From positions 32,001 through 96,000 of the IMG/VR virus record IMGVR_UViG_3300021478_000015: a stretch of 64,000 bases of DNA; one strand, written 5' to 3'. A model generated the notes under the pieces. The model was given only the letters and a program-made list of their open reading frames with translations. It made no database searches and was not told where the DNA came from. The number at the start of each line of letters is the position of its first letter. Within the stretch, counting starts at the first letter, position 1. A program made the position numbers and the translations under genes. The DNA is from a virus. This document shows, piece after piece, positions 26,614 through 36,500 of the stretch.

Positions 26614-29600
26614 CTGACCTTTGGACCATGGCCGGAGAAGAGGCGGAGCGTGACGCCGCCGCTCACAAGCTGGCCCTGGCTCGGGTGGCCTGCGCCAACT
26701 ACTGGCCTGTCCTGGCATCAGCCGGGACCAAGGACGAGTATGAGCACGCCAAGGCCCTGATCTCCGATGGGGTCACCACCTCGGTGGCCTCAGTGGCCGT
26801 CTCTCCGGCCGACCAGGCCATCCTGGCCTCACGGGTCCTCGACAGCTTTGATGAGGACTGGGATGCCCACCAGGCCGCTCGCACCGCCGTGGTCGAGGAC
26901 GCTCCCGGTTATGGCCAGCAGATGGGCTTTGGCTTCCCGGCCGAGCCGCTGCCCAACGAGGCTCCCGAGCTAGAGAACGAGATCGCGGGTTGGGAGGGCT
27001 CCGACCGCGAGCAACGGGTGAACATGGGCAACGGCATCGGGGTGGCCGACGACTCCTCTGGCCCCAACGTGGAAGGCCCCGGCCAGAACCAGGGTGAGGA
27101 TCCCTTGCTGCACGCCAGCGCCCTGGACATCGAGGCCGGGCTGGAGCCGGGCGACTATCGCCTGGACGCCTTCGGAGCCCTTATCCCGGTAGAGGCAGCC
27201 GCTAACTACGATTCCCAGTGCCCTCTCTGTGATGAGAGAATCCATTCAAAGGACTATGCCTTTGATGAGGATAGTAATGGTGCGAGTGTCACCCATCCTG
27301 GAGTGATCCATAGTCGTCCTTCAGGTCATCCTGACCTTGAGAAGGCCAAGACTCCGATCATGAAGAGGAGGAAGACCTCGGTCTTTCACACTGCCCCCGG
27401 CGGAGGAGAGCACGCCCCGTACTACGTCCGGCGCGAGGGTGACAAGTACAAGGTGGTCAACCGCAATGGTGACGTGAAGGGCACCTTTAACACCAAGGAG
27501 GAGGCCCGTTCCCAGCAAAAGGCTCTCTACGCCAATGTGCCAGGGGCCAGTGAGGAGGCTGAGAAGCGCCACGGCGAAACCCCAAAAGCAGTGGAGGAGG
27601 AAGGTAAGAAAGCCTCCCTCCAACTGACTGCTCTGCAGCGCCAGGCCATTCAGGTGGCCCGCAACATGGTCGATCAGATGCCCGCCGGGGTAGAGCACCA
27701 CGCCGTGGCCAAAGCCATGTACATGCGGGCCAAGGGATTTGACCTGGATGAGGCCGAGACCGATCTGGTGATCAATGCTGCTCTAGAGAGGATCAATGAG
27801 CGCCTGGATTTTACCAAAGAGGGGGCCTATGACAACCTAGCTGGTGACCTCCATCGCATGAACCATGGAGACCGGTCGCGTTATGAGAGCGAAGGCCATG
27901 CCTTCGAGGTCTCCTACCACGAACGTCCGGCGTATGGCGATATGGGTCAGCCGGTACCCAAGAGTGACAAGTACTCGGGTACGACTGGTGAGTACACCCT
28001 GTACCACCCCCACGGTCAGGCCCAGGAGTTTCATGTAGGACCGTCTGTGCATGCCAAGGGTTACCAGGCCGAGAAGGTTCGGGACACCATGATGGACACT
28101 TGGTCTCGCAAGAAGATGGATCGGCTTATGAGCCAGGGCAATCTTCACACCGCCGATGGCGTCTCCGAGGAGAAGCGGGATCGAGCCGAGTCATCCGGTG
28201 ACACCCTGCCTGGCACCGACAAGTTCCCGATCACCAACAAGACCGATCTGGAGAATGCCAAGCACGATATCGGCCGCACCAATGAGCCCCATGACAAGGT
28301 GGTCAACTACATCAACCGCAAGGCTGATGAGCTAGGGGCTCCCAAGGTTGGTGAGGAGAAGACCTCCCGGATGCGCCGATTGTGGGCCAAGGTGACCGGG
28401 CGTCGTATCACTGCGGTGAACATCCACCACTTTGATAGCTCTGGTGGCAGCTACGACCGTACCCAGACCGATGACAGCATCAAGGACGGGGATGTGTTCC
28501 ACATTCCCAGCGAGAAGATCACCGGCTATATGCACGCGGCGTGGCCGGTGGCGGTCACCGAGAGCAAGGGTCAGTTTCACGGGTTGACCGATCCTCATCG
28601 GCCGCCTGCAGGAGAGGAGGACAGGACCTGTCCCTCCTGTGGGGGCTCAGGGCAAGCCGAGTCCACCGCCAATGCCCCTTACCGCAAGCCGGGTGACACC
28701 ACCTGCTGGGGCTGTGGAGGCAAGGGCTACTACCCCGGTGATCCGCCGGAGCGGGTGGCCCAATGGCACGAAGGCTGGAGTCAAGCTCGGGACCTGGCCC
28801 AGCAGAAGGGCTATCCCCTCGACAGTGGCACCCATGAGGCGTCGCGCCGGACCGCCCAGGGCGACATGAGCAATCCCATGGATCCCTCCTCGACGGGCAA
28901 TCCATTTTCCCCGGCTCAGGATGTCAACTCGGCCATGACCGACCAGAACCCCACCATGGGGGCGGGGGCCGGAGCGGGCGGGGCCATGAGCCCCAACACC
29001 GCTCCGCCCGACGAGATCCCTGGCCAGACCCAGCCTGGCTCAGCCACCGGCACGGCGGCCTCCTCGAAGCCCCGGACCAAGCCGTCCGAGAACCCCAACG
29101 CTCCGAACAAGCCAAGGCCGATGCAGCCACAGGGTATGCCCATGACCATGCCCGGCCAGATGATGACCGGCATGCCCATGATGGGTGTCAGGGTGCCGAC
29201 ACCGCCGGATCACAAGCGTCATATTCAGTGGCTCATGCATCAGTACGCCTTGAACCCTGATGAAGCCGAAGAAGAGGCGCAACGGCGATACCAAAGCTAT
29301 CCCGATACCCAGAAGCAGTGGGGGGCTAAGCCTGAGGATATCAGTACGGGTCCCAATCGTGATTTCACCAATCCGATCTCTGATCAGAATGAGAAGTATG
29401 GACCGAAGGTTTCCAGTAAGGCTCAGGTGATCATTGCAGAGTCGATCCTGGAGAACAACCCCGATCTCAGTGATGAGGAAGCTCTGCATCTGGCGATCAA
29501 GACCATCGAGCGTTATCCCCATGTGGTCAAGGAGGCCTACGGAGGGTCCGACTACCCTTTTGACTCAGCGACCGGGGGTTACAGCGTCTGCAGCCAATGC

Positions 29601-29747
29601 GGAGTTGAGGCCTTTGACAGCCGCACCGGTCACTGCCACAACTGCGGCTATGTCGCCGGGGCCGGGAGGGTCGGCTTCGACCCTCTGGTAGGCCCCACCA
29701 CCATCCGGCCGGGGCGGGCTGACCTTCGTAACCCTGGACTCAGGTAA
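26610..29747 (+). CDS. 1045-aa modular head-region protein
   Basis: ATGA-coupled; small modules strung together (PYYVRREGDKYKVV..ALYAN; FPITNKTDLENA...GR; IKDGDV..AWPVAVT; Zn ribbons). Confidence 0.75.
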   Translation: MTDLWTMAGEEAERDAAAHKLALARVACANYWPVLASAGTKDEYEHAKALISDGVTTSVASVAVSPADQAILASRVLDSFDEDWDAHQAARTAVVEDAPGYGQQMGFGFPAEPLPNEAPELENEIAGWEGSDREQRVNMGNGIGVADDSSGPNVEGPGQNQGEDPLLHASALDIEAGLEPGDYRLDAFGALIPVEAAANYDSQCPLCDERIHSKDYAFDEDSNGASVTHPGVIHSRPSGHPDLEKAKTPIMKRRKTSVFHTAPGGGEHAPYYVRREGDKYKVVNRNGDVKGTFNTKEEARSQQKALYANVPGASEEAEKRHGETPKAVEEEGKKASLQLTALQRQAIQVARNMVDQMPAGVEHHAVAKAMYMRAKGFDLDEAETDLVINAALERINERLDFTKEGAYDNLAGDLHRMNHGDRSRYESEGHAFEVSYHERPAYGDMGQPVPKSDKYSGTTGEYTLYHPHGQAQEFHVGPSVHAKGYQAEKVRDTMMDTWSRKKMDRLMSQGNLHTADGVSEEKRDRAESSGDTLPGTDKFPITNKTDLENAKHDIGRTNEPHDKVVNYINRKADELGAPKVGEEKTSRMRRLWAKVTGRRITAVNIHHFDSSGGSYDRTQTDDSIKDGDVFHIPSEKITGYMHAAWPVAVTESKGQFHGLTDPHRPPAGEEDRTCPSCGGSGQAESTANAPYRKPGDTTCWGCGGKGYYPGDPPERVAQWHEGWSQARDLAQQKGYPLDSGTHEASRRTAQGDMSNPMDPSSTGNPFSPAQDVNSAMTDQNPTMGAGAGAGGAMSPNTAPPDEIPGQTQPGSATGTAASSKPRTKPSENPNAPNKPRPMQPQGMPMTMPGQMMTGMPMMGVRVPTPPDHKRHIQWLMHQYALNPDEAEEEAQRRYQSYPDTQKQWGAKPEDISTGPNRDFTNPISDQNEKYGPKVSSKAQVIIAESILENNPDLSDEEALHLAIKTIERYPHVVKEAYGGSDYPFDSATGGYSVCSQCGVEAFDSRTGHCHNCGYVAGAGRVGFDPLVGPTTIRPGRADLRNPGLR

Positions 29748-30241
29748 TGCAACAGATATCCGTCCCCGAGGGCGCGAAGGTCGCCTATGCCGGTGTGGCT
29801 AACCGCGAGCACATCGACATTGGTGACGAGGGCAAGGTGCTGCGGACCAGCGGTGGGGTCTGCCATGTGATCATGCGGACCGGGGCCAGGGTGGGTGAGG
29901 TCATCATCATCCCCGGCGAGGACCTCACCATGCTGGGCTCCCGGCGGCCCTCGGTGGACGACTCTCTTTCGGACGGTTCCCTGGACGATCCGGTCCTGAT
30001 CCACACCGCAGTACGGACCGTCTACGACCGCCACGGCGAGCAAGGGCTCATCACCGCCCTGGCCAACCACGATGAGCTACCGGACTTCTACGGGGTGGCC
30101 GAGGAGGCGGTACAGCGCGTCATCGCCACTGTTCGCAACCATCCGGTGATGCTGAGGGTACTGGCAGAGCTAGATGATGAGGAGGGGGAGAACTTCATCC
30201 AATCGTTGGCCATGTCCGCCATCGATGAGGTGGTGGGATGA
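29747..30241 (+). CDS. Head-region hypothetical protein
   Basis: TAATG-coupled. Confidence 0.7.
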   Translation: MQQISVPEGAKVAYAGVANREHIDIGDEGKVLRTSGGVCHVIMRTGARVGEVIIIPGEDLTMLGSRRPSVDDSLSDGSLDDPVLIHTAVRTVYDRHGEQGLITALANHDELPDFYGVAEEAVQRVIATVRNHPVMLRVLAELDDEEGENFIQSLAMSAIDEVVG

Positions 30242-31008
30242 GTGATACCGAGACCCCTACCAATCGGAGTTCAACATCGGATACTCCTATGTTCTGCACC
30301 AAGTGTCATCAGATTGTGCAGAAGCCAGGACCCTGCCCCAAAGGCGGAAACCATCATCTTGTCTCCATCTCTGACAAAGGGGTGCAGGGTCAGGGGGAGA
30401 ATGCCGGGACTGAGAGCACCAAGACCGATAAGCCTGATGATCCCAAGAAGTCTCCCAAGGATCAGGATATGAAGAATAAGCCCAATGGTCGGCAGGCCTC
30501 AGTAGCTAACCAGAATGATCGTATTCGGGCTTATGCCATGCAGTATTTGGCTCATGACTCCGGTGATGGCCAGACGGTGTATCACTGCCCGTTCTGCGGT
30601 GGTGGCAACGTCATCGGCCGATCGGACGGCACCATCGCCTGTGGCTTCTGCAATACCCACTTCACCGTGCAGGTCCAGCCCGAGTTCGCGGGCATGCCCC
30701 AGACCATCGACGGCCAGCCCTACGACATCCCCGGCATGCCTGGTGGGGTCGATCCCAACACCGGCATGCCGCCCCAGATGGACGGCATGGCAGACGGGGA
30801 AGAGGGCGAGGACGGAGGCTTTCCACCCGAGGAACCGCCGGATGGAGCGGACATGGGCAGCCCTGAGGATGAAGAGGCCCAGGGCAAGAACGGCACCTCG
30901 GTGCCCTGGGAGCATCAGTCGAGACGGCTCTACCGCACGGCGGCCGGAACCATGACCGAGGAGCAGTACCTGGCCCATCTCGCGCTCATACACAGTGTGT
31001 CCGAGTGA
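30238..31008 (+). CDS. Zn-ribbon head-region protein
   Basis: HCPFCGGG..IGRSDGTIACGFC..FTVQVQP. Confidence 0.7.
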   Translation: MSDTETPTNRSSTSDTPMFCTKCHQIVQKPGPCPKGGNHHLVSISDKGVQGQGENAGTESTKTDKPDDPKKSPKDQDMKNKPNGRQASVANQNDRIRAYAMQYLAHDSGDGQTVYHCPFCGGGNVIGRSDGTIACGFCNTHFTVQVQPEFAGMPQTIDGQPYDIPGMPGGVDPNTGMPPQMDGMADGEEGEDGGFPPEEPPDGADMGSPEDEEAQGKNGTSVPWEHQSRRLYRTAAGTMTEEQYLAHLALIHSVSE

Positions 31009-31011
31009 TGC

Positions 31012-31353
31012 ATGACCGTGCCGGTTTTGATTCAGCAGTATACGGCCAATATCTACCCGAACGCGGGCTCAGCTTATTCGTCTGAGCATGAATGTGAAGG
31101 ATCGAAGTTTCATTCCCCTAATCCGCTACTGGTCCATGAGGTAGATCTTGTTCCCTGGGATGGTCATCCGACATCACATACCGCTTGGCTGTGCGGAACC
31201 TGCCGCGGAAATCTGTGGGTCTACCAGAAGATCCTCTATGAGCGTAAAGGCGACATCCCCTGGGATGTGCAGCGCTCCTTCGGCAATGGGATCCGAGCCT
31301 TGGCCAAGCGAGGTTGGGCCTTCTATACCAGCTACCTGGCAGGTTTGAGATGA
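31012..31353 (+). CDS. Hypothetical protein
   Basis: ORF between Zn-ribbon gene and portal; LCGTC. Confidence 0.6.
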   Translation: MTVPVLIQQYTANIYPNAGSAYSSEHECEGSKFHSPNPLLVHEVDLVPWDGHPTSHTAWLCGTCRGNLWVYQKILYERKGDIPWDVQRSFGNGIRALAKRGWAFYTSYLAGLR

Positions 31354-33521
31354 GTTCGTTCTGGACACCGACCGGTGAGCACCCCATACCTAACGAGCGT
31401 GACACCGATGTCCTGGGCAGGTTGGCCGCGGCCTCCCTGCGCCGGGGCGTGGCCGATGGTCCAGGGGAGGAGTCCCCTGAGGTCCAGGAGATGCGGAAGA
31501 ACCGCCGGGTCAACCGCCGTCTGAACGGGATCAGTCGGACGGCCGATCTCATGTCGGGCTCGGGGGCCTCGTCCCTGTCGTTTGCCACCGGGCGTCCACA
31601 GGACCCCATGTTCTATTGGAAGCAGGCCAACCTTCCCTATGACATCTGGAAGGAAGAGGAGCTTGTAGTCATCCGGCATTACTGTCGGTTGCTCTACCTC
31701 ACGCATCCACTGCTGGCCTCAGCCATTGATATCTTCAGCAAATACCCCATGCAAGGCATGGAGCTAGCCTGCAAGGACAACGAGCTTGTTGACTTCTATA
31801 GCACACACTTCTTGGAGGATCTGAACTACCCAGAGTATCTGACCGATGTCTTGCATGAGCGTTGGCTGGTAGGAGAAGCGTGGCCATTAGGGCAATGGAA
31901 TGACACCCTGGGTATCTGGGAGGACGACGAGCTAATCAACCCCGATGACGTGGATGTCATCAAGAGCCCGTTCATCAAAGAGCCCCGCTTCGAGATGCGC
32001 CTGCCGGAGTCCCTCCGCAAGATCCTGAAGGAGCGCCAGCCCGAGTGGGAGTACAAGAAGCTGGTCAACGCCTACCCCGAGCTTCTGGCCTTCCTGGCCG
32101 ACGACGCCCGCATGCCGGTGTCCAACATCCTGCTCAAGCAGATCAAGTTCAAGGCCGACACCTTCCATCCCCGCGGCGTGCCCATCCTGATGCGAGGCTT
32201 CCGGGCCGTCTTCCAGGAGGAGATGCTGAACGCGGCCCAGGACGCCATCGCCTCCCGGCTGTACACCCCGCTCATCCTGGCCAAGATCGGAGCCTCGGCT
32301 ACTGATCTGGGCACCCAGTACCCCTTCATCCCCACCTCGGCCGACCTGGCCGACTTCGAGGAGGCCCTGGACGAGGCTCTGGCCGCCGACTTCCGGGTGT
32401 TGACCCACCACTTCGCCCTGACCATGGAGTCGGTGTTCGGCCGCGAGGTCATGCCCGATCTCAGCGGGGACTTCGATCGCCTGGCCGAGCGCCAGCTACA
32501 GGTCTTCGGCATCTCCAAGACCATGCTATCCGGAGCCCAGAATGGTGAGACCTACGCTGCTGACGCCTTGAACCTGGACATCATGAGTCAGCTATTGGGC
32601 GGGGCACAACGGCTGATAAAGAGATTCTTCAAAGAGCGAGCATTGGTGGTAGCCGAAGCTCAGCAGCACTGGGATTACGAGATAAGAGGTGGCAAGAAGT
32701 ACCCGGTGATGGAGGAGGTCCTCGAAGTGGATGAGGAGACCGGTGAGAAGCGCATCATCGAGCAGCCCAAGCTGTTGGTGCCTGATCTGGTCCTCAAGTC
32801 CATGGACATGAAGAACGACACTCTGCGCCGCCAGCTACTCGAAGAGCTACGCAGCACCGGGGTGCCCATTTCCATGAAGACCCGACTTACCAACATCGAC
32901 ATCGATCTGGACGACGAGATCGAGCAAACCCGCGACGAGCAGATCAAGATCGCGGTGGCCACCCAAGAGACCCGCCGGGACACCTTCTCCGCCCTCACCG
33001 CCCAGGGCCTGCCTATCCCCGAGGACCTGGAGACCGACTTCCGGGCCAAGGCCATCGACGCTGAGGAAGGCGGTCCAGCGGCCGAGCAGTTACCCCCGCC
33101 CAACATGGCCATGGATCCCGCCGGAGGAGCCCCCACTGCTCTGGTCCCTGGTCCCGAGGACTATGCCATGGCTGACCAGGCCGAGGAGGAAGGTGGGCTG
33201 CCACCTGACACCGGAGCCGCCACCGGGGCAGTACCACCGAGCCCGCCTCTAGCCACCATCATCCCCCTGCCGCGCCAGCGCATGCGCCCTGAGGAGTCCG
33301 ACGAGCGCCGAGGGGACATGCCCAAGCGATCTGCCCTCTTCAACAGCGATGACATCGTCTTCGATCCCTGGGTGGCCAAGGCGGTCATCAGGGGTGACGA
33401 CGGCGAGGACCATGAAGAGGGTGCCCACCGGCTGATCACCGGCCCGGCTCACATCGGCATGCGCCGCTACGTCCGCCTCGATCCCACCGAGCCCCTGCCG
33501 GACGCTGAATCAGAGCGATGA
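31350..33521 (+). CDS. Portal protein
   Basis: CRLLYLTHPLL...IDIFSKYP, W.VGEA, LINPDDV, RGVPILMRGFR, PLILAK.G; size and acidic tail fit large actinophage portals. Confidence 0.8.
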   Translation: MSSFWTPTGEHPIPNERDTDVLGRLAAASLRRGVADGPGEESPEVQEMRKNRRVNRRLNGISRTADLMSGSGASSLSFATGRPQDPMFYWKQANLPYDIWKEEELVVIRHYCRLLYLTHPLLASAIDIFSKYPMQGMELACKDNELVDFYSTHFLEDLNYPEYLTDVLHERWLVGEAWPLGQWNDTLGIWEDDELINPDDVDVIKSPFIKEPRFEMRLPESLRKILKERQPEWEYKKLVNAYPELLAFLADDARMPVSNILLKQIKFKADTFHPRGVPILMRGFRAVFQEEMLNAAQDAIASRLYTPLILAKIGASATDLGTQYPFIPTSADLADFEEALDEALAADFRVLTHHFALTMESVFGREVMPDLSGDFDRLAERQLQVFGISKTMLSGAQNGETYAADALNLDIMSQLLGGAQRLIKRFFKERALVVAEAQQHWDYEIRGGKKYPVMEEVLEVDEETGEKRIIEQPKLLVPDLVLKSMDMKNDTLRRQLLEELRSTGVPISMKTRLTNIDIDLDDEIEQTRDEQIKIAVATQETRRDTFSALTAQGLPIPEDLETDFRAKAIDAEEGGPAAEQLPPPNMAMDPAGGAPTALVPGPEDYAMADQAEEEGGLPPDTGAATGAVPPSPPLATIIPLPRQRMRPEESDERRGDMPKRSALFNSDDIVFDPWVAKAVIRGDDGEDHEEGAHRLITGPAHIGMRRYVRLDPTEPLPDAESER

Positions 33522-33533
33522 AGGGGTGAGGCC

Positions 33534-36500
33534 ATGCCTTTCTCTTCCTTCCCTCACCTGCGAAAGACGGCCCGAGCCGAGGCCAACGTGGCCAGCCGCG
33601 ACTACCCCGAGCTTGAAGAGGTGCTGGTCGAGAGGCCCCCGCCTAACTCTCACCAGGCCAAGGGCGTGGACGGCCTGTGCGCCCTCTGTAACGCCGAGCC
33701 TGCCACCCAGGAGATCTCCGGGACCACCGTAGGGGAGCGCTGCGCCGAGCACCTCATGGGCGTCCCTGGGGCCGGTACAGCCCCTCCTGAGTTCGGTCAG
33801 GCCATCTATGGCAGCCGAGAAGTTGTGGATAAGTTGTATCCGAAGACCGGCGGGATCCTGGACTGGCTGGACCGCAAGATCGGTCCTCTGGCCCCTCCCC
33901 AGGGCAACCGATGGAGCTTTGACTGGTGTCGGTACCGCCATGACTCCCACTGCTTCTACCCCTCCGGGCTCGATCCGCAGGCCACCTCCCTGGCGGGCTA
34001 CGCCGTCTGGTCCCCTCAGGACCGAGGCACCTGCCCTCGCATCTCCTGGGAGTCCCAGGAGGCCTGCCCTATCGGCGCGCCCGGTCCCAACTCCGGGGTA
34101 TCCGGAGCCGCCCCCGACGCTTACACCCTGCAGCAACCGGCTCGACCCCGAGGGTTCCTCAACCGGCTCTTTGGATCGCTGGATCAAAAGGATCCGGATT
34201 TCCGTTTTCACTTCATAGCAACCTGGGCTGATGTCAGAGCTAAGGCCAATGAGCTAAAGACAACGGGTTGTGTAAGGATCATCAGTTCTCCCACTGCTAC
34301 GAATCCGTATACGATGGCCGAGGTTAAGAGCGGTGATCGTGTTTATCAAACTACTATTCTTCGCACCCTTGGGGGCAGATCGGTAGCTGGGTGGGAATGC
34401 ACCTGTGCATGGGCGCATTATGCTTGGGGTAGATCAGGTAGATGGCAGAGATTCGAGGGACGTATGTGCTCTCATGCCTTGGCTACTTATATGACTCCGA
34501 AGAAAACCCCGGAGTACGATAAGACTAAGGAAGTGGATGAGAAGAATAAGTGGCCTGAGCCTTATCGAAGTCCCTTAGGACCATCTCCGGTTATCCCTGT
34601 TACTACGCAAACATTCTCACCGGGGGATCCAATACCAGAGTTTAAACCCTCTGACAAAATGCAGAGGTATCTTGAAACAGGCACATCTGCAGAGAAGGAT
34701 CGAGAAGGTAATCCTATTGAGAACTGGAGACAAGACATATCCAAGCGGGAGCCTGAGGTTCTGCAATGGATGGAGGATTACGAGAAGCGGGGCAGCCTTC
34801 ACAAGCTGAGCAACTTCTCCCCTGAGCGACCCATCGCCATGGAGGTCGAGGCTCGCCTGGAGGCCGGTGAGCACCCCAATGTGGTCCTGAGCTACCTGCG
34901 GGAGGCCGGAGCCCCCTGGCCGGAGTACATCCTCACCGAGGCCATGCAGAAGCCCTTCATCGCCCGCGATCCGGCCGATGAGCTACATACCATCGTCCAT
35001 CTGGACGGGGGTGAGGCGGTCACCGACGCTGGGGAGCGGATCCCGGCCGAGCACCTGTTCCATCCGGAGTTCGACTGGCATAGCGGGCTGGAACCTCCGG
35101 CGCAGCTTCAGTCGCATGCTGCGAAGATCCAGCGGGACCCCAGTCCCCACCTCAATGCTGACGGCAGCGTTCACTCCGGGGTCATGATCGCCCTGGTTCC
35201 ACCGGACAAAGTGCGTCAGAACCTGGCGGTTGAAGACGGCGAGACCCCGGAAAACATGCACGTCACCGTTGGGTATCTGGGCAAGAAGGACAGCGTTGAC
35301 CCCGACGCTCTCCATCGAGCCGTCTCTTCCTTTGCCAAGGAGGCCCCGCCGCTTCGGGGCAAGGTCTCCGGCTTCGGCAACTTCGAAGTGGATCCCGATC
35401 GTAACGATGGCTATTCCCATGCCCATGTCGGCCTGGTGGACATCCCCGGCATCTCGGGCTTCCGCTCCAAGCTCGAAGAGCATCTCGGGCGCGAGGGTCT
35501 CAAGATCAACGACGAACATGGTATTCAGCCACATCTGACAGTCGCTTACGGCCATGAGCCTGCCGAGTACGACCAGATGCCCGATACCACCGACCATTTT
35601 GATCTCCCTCACGTCACCGTGGGCCATGGCGGTGAATGGACCCATTATCCCCTCGAAGGCAGCCCGCCCGTGCCAAAAGAGGGCATGCTGCGCTGGGTGG
35701 CGGTGGGAGGCTACGGCGACCTGCTGGCTCCGCACTGGCAGCCCTCTGAGCCAGCCCAGGGCCGGGGCCGCGGTCGGGCGCACAATCCCGATGCCACCAA
35801 GTTCTCCACCTACGACCCGAACTTCCAGAAGAAGATCTCCACTCAGTTCCATGACAACGTGCCGTCCGAACTCGGCGTCAACAGTCATAAGGACTTGGTC
35901 GAGAACATCAAGGGCATGTACCGGGAGGCCAAGAAGACCAATCCCAATGCGGTGCGAGCCGGGATGTCCTGGTACCGGGATGCTCACAACTTCAACAAGC
36001 AGCTAGCCGATAAGCACCCGGATGGGAACCTGAGGAAAGCTCTCGGTATGACGGCGGCTTTGTCGCCGCAGAACCACTGGGAGGAGAACAAGACTCAGGC
36101 CGAGTACATCCACCATCACCTGAGCGCCGATCCGGACTCCGAGGATGGCCGGTTCAACATCTCGACCGAGCACGCCCAGGCGGCCATGGACAAACAAGCC
36201 GAGCAGGCCAGCGTGGTCAAAGGCAATCGTCAGGTGCAGCAACTTACGCCGGGCAAGCGCTTTGCCGACATGAGCCATGAAGAGGCGGCCCACTCCCTCA
36301 AGGCCCAGGCCCAGTACACCCACCAGTTGAAGGTCCCCGGCCGCCTGAAGAACAACGGCGAGCCCTGGTCGGCCACCTTCGCCAACGGCACCGGGGCGAT
36401 CACCAAGGCAGTGCGGATCCATCGCGGCGAGGATCCCGATGATGTCCTGCAGGGTCACAAGGTCCGTTCTTTCTTCAACAACATGGCGGATCACACCAAC

